Shown: positions 58,958-64,000 of the stretch, piece by piece
Position numbering within the stretch: position 1 is the stretch's first letter
Layout: each line of letters starts with the position of its first letter
Assembly: GCA_947253625.1 (NCBI GenBank)
Contig: CAMYAB010000003.1
Span: 107,105 to 171,104 of the forward strand
Origin: an uncultured Porphyromonadaceae bacterium
GTDB taxonomy: Bacteria; Bacteroidota; Bacteroidia; Bacteroidales; Porphyromonadaceae
Direction of reading: 5' to 3'
Length of the DNA stretch: 64,000 bases
Notes under the pieces: generated by a model
Told to the model about the DNA's origin: nothing
The model's database searches: none
What the model saw: the letters and a program-made list of their open reading frames with translations, nothing else
Made by a program: the position numbers and the translations under genes

Positions 58958-61900
58958 GGCTCTACTTGTATGATCTCTCCGAATCGGTACCAGAGGTAGC
59001 CTCGGGTGTTGTAGCCCATCTCGTTTAGGACACTGATGTACTCGCGCACCTGGCGTTTGTGACTTGCATGTGGCTCTCCAAACTTGTAGTCAAGGACTAT
59101 GGCTTGGTGCTCCGTGTCGTTGAGGAGGATCCGGTCGGCACGGATCGTGCGGTCGCTTCGGGGGCTGTAAAACTGTGTCTCCGTAAAGACTTGCCAGCCC
59201 TCCTTGGGGGCAAACCACTCTTGGACCTCGGGACGGCTCTCGGAGGCCCGAAAGGCATCTATGAGTGTGGTGAGGTCGGTGTCTTGGCTGTTGGGGTCAA
59301 TGAGGCGGTAAAAGTCCTCTGTGGTGCGGACGAACTCCATGAGGAAGTGCATCTTCTCGCCGGCGCGTGTGGCGGTGCTCTCAAAAGGCTTGGGGGCAAA
59401 GGAGAGGCCGGCGTACTGTGGCGTGGCGGATAGTGCTGTGATTTCGATCATTCGGTTGTCGGCCGATGCGGTGGAGGCTTGTACTGGCTTGGGCTCACCA
59501 TAGGTGTAGCGGTCGGTCGTCTCATTGATGCACTCGTACTTGCCGAGTCTCGACTTGGCAGAGGAGATGAGTGTGGCGATGCTCCTTTCGGTGGTCGTGT
59601 CGGGCTTTTTTTGCGTGAAAACGTAGAGACGTTGGGTGGGGCGGGTAAAGGCCACGTAGAGGAGGTTGATGTTGTCGATGTCTAGTCGCTCCTGCTCGAC
59701 CCGGTATTGGGGGGCAAAGTAGCTTTTGACCTCCTTGTTTGCTCCGGGGGCTTCTTTCATGTAGTAGACCGATGGGACTTTCGGAAAGTCCTCCGGTAGC
59801 TGCTCCGGGGTTTTCATCAGGAGCATCCTTTGGGATCGGCCTGAAGGGGTCATCTCCCAGCTGGCAAAAGGGATGATGACGACCGGAAACTCCAGCCCCT
59901 TTGCGTTGTGTATGGTCATGAGCCTCAGGCAGTCCATGGTGGTGTCGGGCATATCGATATAGAGATCATCGCGCTTACCCTGCCACCAGTTGTCGAACTG
60001 CAGGTAGGTGGGAGTGAAGCGAGCTGTGTAGTTGAACAACTGCTCCAGATAGGCGGCAACATAGGCCTTGTCCTCGTCCTTGATTGCACCATTGTCCTTG
60101 AGGATAGTCATGGCTTCGGTCACCGTCTCGTAGATGGAGAGTCCGGTATTGGAGAGGTTGTCCAGTTGGTGCAAGAGGTCTTCGTACCTCATGGGGTCAA
60201 GGCCCGGGAGGGTTTGGAGGGAGATATCCAGTAGCCCTTGTGCGTTTGGATCATCGGGGTGGGCGAGCCTGTGTACCAGTGAGGCGAGGCATCTGACGAC
60301 CGGTGAGGAGTTGATGGCCAGTGCTTCGTCCGATACGAAGTCGTAGCTGTATCGACCGCTGTTATCTGTCTTATCGCTGTCACCGAAGGAGCGTAGCCAG
60401 TCTGCAACCTCGACGGACTCCTTTCGTTTCCGAAACAGGAGGACGATGTCTCCGGGCTTGTATCCATCATCGTATAGCTCTTGGAGCAGGCTCTGCAGCT
60501 CCTCCGGACTCATCCTCTCCTTTGTGGCGGTGATCCGCACATAGCCATCCTCCTTGCTTGTGTTGTGTTTCTTTTGCTCAACGTTTTCGGCGTCGTAGAG
60601 GGTTGGGGCTCCCGCCTTGTCGTGCTCAAAAAAGTCAAGATCGTAGATGTTGCTAAAGAACTTGTTGTTGAACTCCACGATCTGGTAGGCACTCCGGTAG
60701 TTGGTGTCCAGTATATCGGGTCTCACACCGTACTTTGTGGGCACCTCGTGGCCGAGCAGTGTGCTGTCTGCCCCTCTGAAGCGGTATATGCTCTGCTTCA
60801 CATCCCCGACAAGGTAGTTTATCCTCGAGTAGCTGTGCGACTCCTCCAGCAGGGGCTCAAAGTTGCTCCACTGGTCATGGCTCGTGTCCTGAAACTCGTC
60901 CAGCATGTAGTGTTCTATGTAGGAGCCCACTTTTTCGTAAATAAATGGGATACTTGCTCCGGCTATGATGGACTTTAGCAGAGGGTTGATCTCCGAGATC
61001 AGGACGATGTTGTTTTCTGCCTGAAATTCATCCAAGCTTTTCTTAAAGTTGAGGATCGCCGGCATCCAGATCAAGTACTTGAGCATGAGTGTGGCGGTGT
61101 TGTAGGAGTAGAGTTCTTCCTCAGAGAGGTCCAGAGAGCTCAGTGTGCCGAGTAGCTCATCACTTGCCGCCTCGTAGGGTCCGTACACTTGCTCGCTTTT
61201 GCCTTTGGGGCACCAGGCTCGCTTGTCTCCCGCCTTTACTTTTGCCAAGATGGTGCGAGTGGTCGACGTGAGCAGTTTGTCCTCTGCTATTGCGGTGATC
61301 GCCTCCCCTTTGTTTAGCTTGTTGTAGATACCCTCCACGAAGGATCGACTGCTGTCCGCAAAGTTTAGGTGGTACTTGTTTCGGATCTCCTCCAGATCCT
61401 TCTTGGCCTTCTCCAGTTTCCTTTCCAGTTTTTGTGCTATTTCTTGGAGTTGTAGGCGGGTTTTCGTCACTTGATCGGTACTGAATTGCTCCTCGAGTTC
61501 CTTGAGGTCGTACTGCTCTTTGCCATCTATGAGGGGGCTGAGGAGTCCGGTCAGTTGGGCTCTCAGGTCCACCCGCTCGCCGTCCTCTGCGCCTTCGTCA
61601 AAGATTTGGCGGAGTACGCTCAGCATCTCTGTGTGCTTGGAAGTGCTGTTTTGGAGCTCATCGATCAATCGATCCATCGAGAGCTGAAACACAGCATTTT
61701 GGTCAATCTCCACCTCAAATCCCCCATGGGTCGACGACAGCTCGAGCATGAAGCTACGCACCACTTCTTGGAAAAAGGAGTCGATGGTCTGGACCCGAAA
61801 CTTGCCATAGTCCTCCAGGATCCGCTTCAGTGCTTCGCGCGCCTGTGCTTGGATCTTTAGCTGTTTGTCCGCATCCGACAGCCCTGGGGCAAAAGTCAGC

Positions 61901-62151
61901 TTCTTGATCAGTTCTTCAGCCCGATCGCTTGTCCCTTTGGATAGATCGTAGAGCAACCCTAGGATCCGCTCCCGTAGCTCCACGGTTGCTTTGTTGGTAA
62001 AGGTGGCCACCAAGATCCTGTCGTACTTCACCCCTTCTCCGTTGAGCATGCCCTGAAAGAGCAGTCTCAGGTACTCGCCTGTCAGGGTGTAGGTCTTGCC
62101 ACTTCCTGCTGAGGCACTGTAGATCTTCAGGCTGTTGTCGGTTTGCCCCAT
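58954..62151 (-). CDS. UvrD-family helicase fused to a C-terminal PD-(D/E)XK nuclease domain (AddA-like, stand-alone)
   Basis: Walker A SAGSGKTYTLTGE. UvrD helicase motifs through …RLYVAFTRP…. C-terminal nuclease-like region (…LDYKFGEPHASHKRQV…). Start at Met41 (62151). ATGA overlap with rlmN. Confidence 0.8.
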   Translation of the reverse strand: MGQTDNSLKIYSASAGSGKTYTLTGEYLRLLFQGMLNGEGVKYDRILVATFTNKATVELRERILGLLYDLSKGTSDRAEELIKKLTFAPGLSDADKQLKIQAQAREALKRILEDYGKFRVQTIDSFFQEVVRSFMLELSSTHGGFEVEIDQNAVFQLSMDRLIDELQNSTSKHTEMLSVLRQIFDEGAEDGERVDLRAQLTGLLSPLIDGKEQYDLKELEEQFSTDQVTKTRLQLQEIAQKLERKLEKAKKDLEEIRNKYHLNFADSSRSFVEGIYNKLNKGEAITAIAEDKLLTSTTRTILAKVKAGDKRAWCPKGKSEQVYGPYEAASDELLGTLSSLDLSEEELYSYNTATLMLKYLIWMPAILNFKKSLDEFQAENNIVLISEINPLLKSIIAGASIPFIYEKVGSYIEHYMLDEFQDTSHDQWSNFEPLLEESHSYSRINYLVGDVKQSIYRFRGADSTLLGHEVPTKYGVRPDILDTNYRSAYQIVEFNNKFFSNIYDLDFFEHDKAGAPTLYDAENVEQKKHNTSKEDGYVRITATKERMSPEELQSLLQELYDDGYKPGDIVLLFRKRKESVEVADWLRSFGDSDKTDNSGRYSYDFVSDEALAINSSPVVRCLASLVHRLAHPDDPNAQGLLDISLQTLPGLDPMRYEDLLHQLDNLSNTGLSIYETVTEAMTILKDNGAIKDEDKAYVAAYLEQLFNYTARFTPTYLQFDNWWQGKRDDLYIDMPDTTMDCLRLMTIHNAKGLEFPVVIIPFASWEMTPSGRSQRMLLMKTPEQLPEDFPKVPSVYYMKEAPGANKEVKSYFAPQYRVEQERLDIDNINLLYVAFTRPTQRLYVFTQKKPDTTTERSIATLISSAKSRLGKYECINETTDRYTYGEPKPVQASTASADNRMIEITALSATPQYAGLSFAPKPFESTATRAGEKMHFLMEFVRTTEDFYRLIDPNSQDTDLTTLIDAFRASESRPEVQEWFAPKEGWQVFTETQFYSPRSDRTIRADRILLNDTEHQAIVLDYKFGEPHASHKRQVREYISVLNEMGYNTRGYLWYRFGEIIQVEP

Positions 62152-62156
62152 GCTGC

Positions 62157-62498
62157 TTAGCACATTTTGGTCTTGGTGTACCCGTTTGCCTTTAGGATAT
62201 TGGTGACTTCGGGTACGCGGTCTCCCTGGATGATGATTAGGCCATCCTTTGCGGAGCCTCCCACTCCACACGATTGTTTGAGGCTCTTGCAGAGAGTGTT
62301 TAGGTCTTCTTTTGTCCCCTCAAAACCCTCCACCAGGGTCACGACTTTCCCCTTGCGTTGCTTGGCATCGCGGCGCACACGGAGCGACTGCTCGCTTGGA
62401 TCTTTTGTGCTCACAGTCACGAGTGAGGCACTCAGTAGTTCCTGCATATAGCTCTTGTTGGTCGAGTAGACCATCCCGCCACTGCTCTTTTTACTCAT
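62157..62498 (-). CDS. yciH: Translation initiation factor SUI1/YciH
   Basis: …KGKVVTLVEGFEG…GGSAKDGLIIIQGD… SUI1 fold. The ATG at 62498 is preferred over the ORF-track GTG at 62507. Confidence 0.85.
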   Translation of the reverse strand: MSKKSSGGMVYSTNKSYMQELLSASLVTVSTKDPSEQSLRVRRDAKQRKGKVVTLVEGFEGTKEDLNTLCKSLKQSCGVGGSAKDGLIIIQGDRVPEVTNILKANGYTKTKMC

Positions 62499-63999
62499 GG
62501 GCCACACCTTTCTTGGGTTGTAGGATAGCGGACATGCGCTTCGGGTCTTGGATCACCTCGAGTGCTTTTTTCAGGGTCGGGTCTGTCTCCAGGTTTACCG
62601 CATACTGTCCCTTCATCCCAAAGTAGTGGACCGCCAGAGCGGCTCTCAGTAGGCTCTTGATCTGTTCTCGATGTGGCTCGATGTCTCTGCGTAGCGAGGG
62701 GGTGAGGACCTTGGCCAGTGCGCCAAACTCTGCCTCACTCTGTGCCTTGTACCCCTCATATTCCGCCAGAGACTTTAGCTGCTCCAGTAGTTGCTTGCTT
62801 CGCTCTCCGTAGCCAAAACCCTCTTTCTCCAGCTCCGACACAAAGCCCTCCAGATCCTCATCCGTCACCTCCAGATCCTTGAGCGTGGCCGGACGAGGTT
62901 TGGTCTGTGCCAGATTGATGGCGTATCGGAATACCTTCCCCTCCACCAGCATGGTGTAGACCGGCACCGAGAGGATCTCGTCCTTTACCTCTATGTCGGG
63001 TCGGATGCCACCACCGTCACGCACCGGCCGTCCGTTCATTGTATCAAATACTGTGGTTAGGCTGTCCGGTACGGCGCCGACCGTGCCATCCGGGTTGCGG
63101 TGGCTGTAGTCGAGCTGTTGGATGCATCGGCCACTGGGGATGTAGTAGCGAGAGGTGGTTACCTTCAGGATACCCTGTCTGCCGGCAGGGCGAGTCGACT
63201 GCACCAGTCCTTTCCCAAAGCTCCTCGACCCCACCAGTACGGCTCGGTCCATGTCCTGCAGTGCACCGGCGACGATCTCGCTCGAGGAGGCCGATCCGGA
63301 GTTGATCAGTACCACTAGAGGGAGCGTTGTGCTGATGGGTTGCTCGGTGGTCTTGAAGGTCTCTTGGGCGGAGGGGTTCCGCCCCTTTGTGGAGAGGACC
63401 TGTGTGCCTTTGGGCAAAAACATCCCCAGGATGTCTATAGCACCATCCAGCAGACCACCGCCATTGCCTCGGAGATCGAGGATCAGCCCCTTTGGCTCAC
63501 CACTTGCTGCCAGCTCGTTGTAGGCTTTTTTGACATCTGCGGCACTCTTGTCGGTGAAGGAGGAGAGCCGTATGTAGCCGATGCCACCGGGCATCATGCC
63601 TCTATAGGCCACCTGATCGACCACGACGTTGTTTCGGGTCAGGGTCACAGTGCGGGGCTCACTCTCTCCCGGGCGACGGATCTTCACCGTCACGTTTGTG
63701 CCGATGGTTCCCTTGAGCGAGTCGCTGATCTTGCTTGCTGTGCCCGGGATCATGGGTTTGCCATCGATCTCCAAAAAAGCATCCCCGGTCCGCAGTCCGC
63801 TCTCCTTTGCCGGTGACCCAGGCATAGGGTACTGGACATACACCACGGAGTCCACTTGCTGGATATAGGCTCCGATACCCCCGTACTCACCGGTGGTCAT
63901 GAAGTTGAAGTCCGCACGCTCCGTCTCCGGTATATACACCGTGTAGGGGTCTAGGCGAGACAGCATGGCATTGATCCCATACGTGGAGATCTCCTCCAC
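62491..63999 (-). CDS. S41 C-terminal processing peptidase with PDZ domain (5'-partial; N-terminus beyond the window end)
   Basis: PDZ (…GSPAKESGLRTGDAFLEIDGKP…). S41 catalytic region (…VLINSGSASSSEI… Ser and …GSRSFGKGLVQ… Lys). The ORF runs to the window end. Confidence 0.85.
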   Translation of the reverse strand: MEEISTYGINAMLSRLDPYTVYIPETERADFNFMTTGEYGGIGAYIQQVDSVVYVQYPMPGSPAKESGLRTGDAFLEIDGKPMIPGTASKISDSLKGTIGTNVTVKIRRPGESEPRTVTLTRNNVVVDQVAYRGMMPGGIGYIRLSSFTDKSAADVKKAYNELAASGEPKGLILDLRGNGGGLLDGAIDILGMFLPKGTQVLSTKGRNPSAQETFKTTEQPISTTLPLVVLINSGSASSSEIVAGALQDMDRAVLVGSRSFGKGLVQSTRPAGRQGILKVTTSRYYIPSGRCIQQLDYSHRNPDGTVGAVPDSLTTVFDTMNGRPVRDGGGIRPDIEVKDEILSVPVYTMLVEGKVFRYAINLAQTKPRPATLKDLEVTDEDLEGFVSELEKEGFGYGERSKQLLEQLKSLAEYEGYKAQSEAEFGALAKVLTPSLRRDIEPHREQIKSLLRAALAVHYFGMKGQYAVNLETDPTLKKALEVIQDPKRMSAILQPKKGVAHE

Positions 64000-64000
64000 A

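Overview
This 64-kb window looks like a compact, high-GC (roughly 55-58%) Bacteroidota chromosome segment. That assignment is inferred from three things: a tmRNA with the tag peptide GENNYALAA, TAnnTTTG-type -7 promoter boxes, and the mix of SusC/SusD, an S46 DPP7-type peptidase and TonB-dependent receptors. It is almost entirely housekeeping DNA.

Gene content, in order:
- mutS (5'-partial), ssrA (tmRNA), ftsA-ftsZ-yqeY-dus.
- A convergent 1.16-kb ORF-free AT-rich gap.
- An ECF sigma / anti-sigma pair, where the anti-sigma is fused to an outer-membrane beta-barrel, plus a lipoprotein.
- A nucleotidyltransferase and miaA.
- A translationally coupled alaS-aroB-(lamin-tail-domain protein) operon.
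- A BtuF/FecB-BtuC-BtuD-type ABC importer.
- A MacB-type ABC exporter operon: ATPase, two FtsX permeases, an HlyD adaptor and TolC.
- A TonB-dependent receptor, manC, a UshA-like 5'-nucleotidase, an S46 dipeptidyl-peptidase, a CYTH protein and an Smr protein.
- An acyl-CoA ligase, then ftsW-murG-murC-ftsQ detached from ftsA/ftsZ, a CDF transporter and rnhB.
- A GH92-SusD-SusC polysaccharide utilization locus, a MATE transporter, rlmN, a UvrD/PD-(D/E)XK helicase-nuclease, SUI1 and an S41 protease (partial).

The most interesting signals are non-coding:
- Two near-identical 194-bp inverted repeats precisely bracket the 6-kb MacB/HlyD/TolC exporter operon. Each carries four phased 21-bp palindromic units (ATCACANNGTGAT) and two TTTTTCTCCGACAC units.
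- A second, unrelated repeat family (22-bp phased TTTCACGGATAGAAGC arrays) occurs as an inverted pair 32 kb apart. One copy is flanked by a 12-17-bp direct repeat.
- A cluster of DnaA-box-like 9-mers, including a perfect TTATCCACA, sits in the long ORF-free gap.
- The dcw cluster is split between ftsQ and ftsA.
- miaA has no canonical start codon upstream of its P-loop.
- A 28-bp perfect hairpin lies downstream of rnhB.

No CRISPR array, rRNA or tRNA gene, transposase or integrase was seen.
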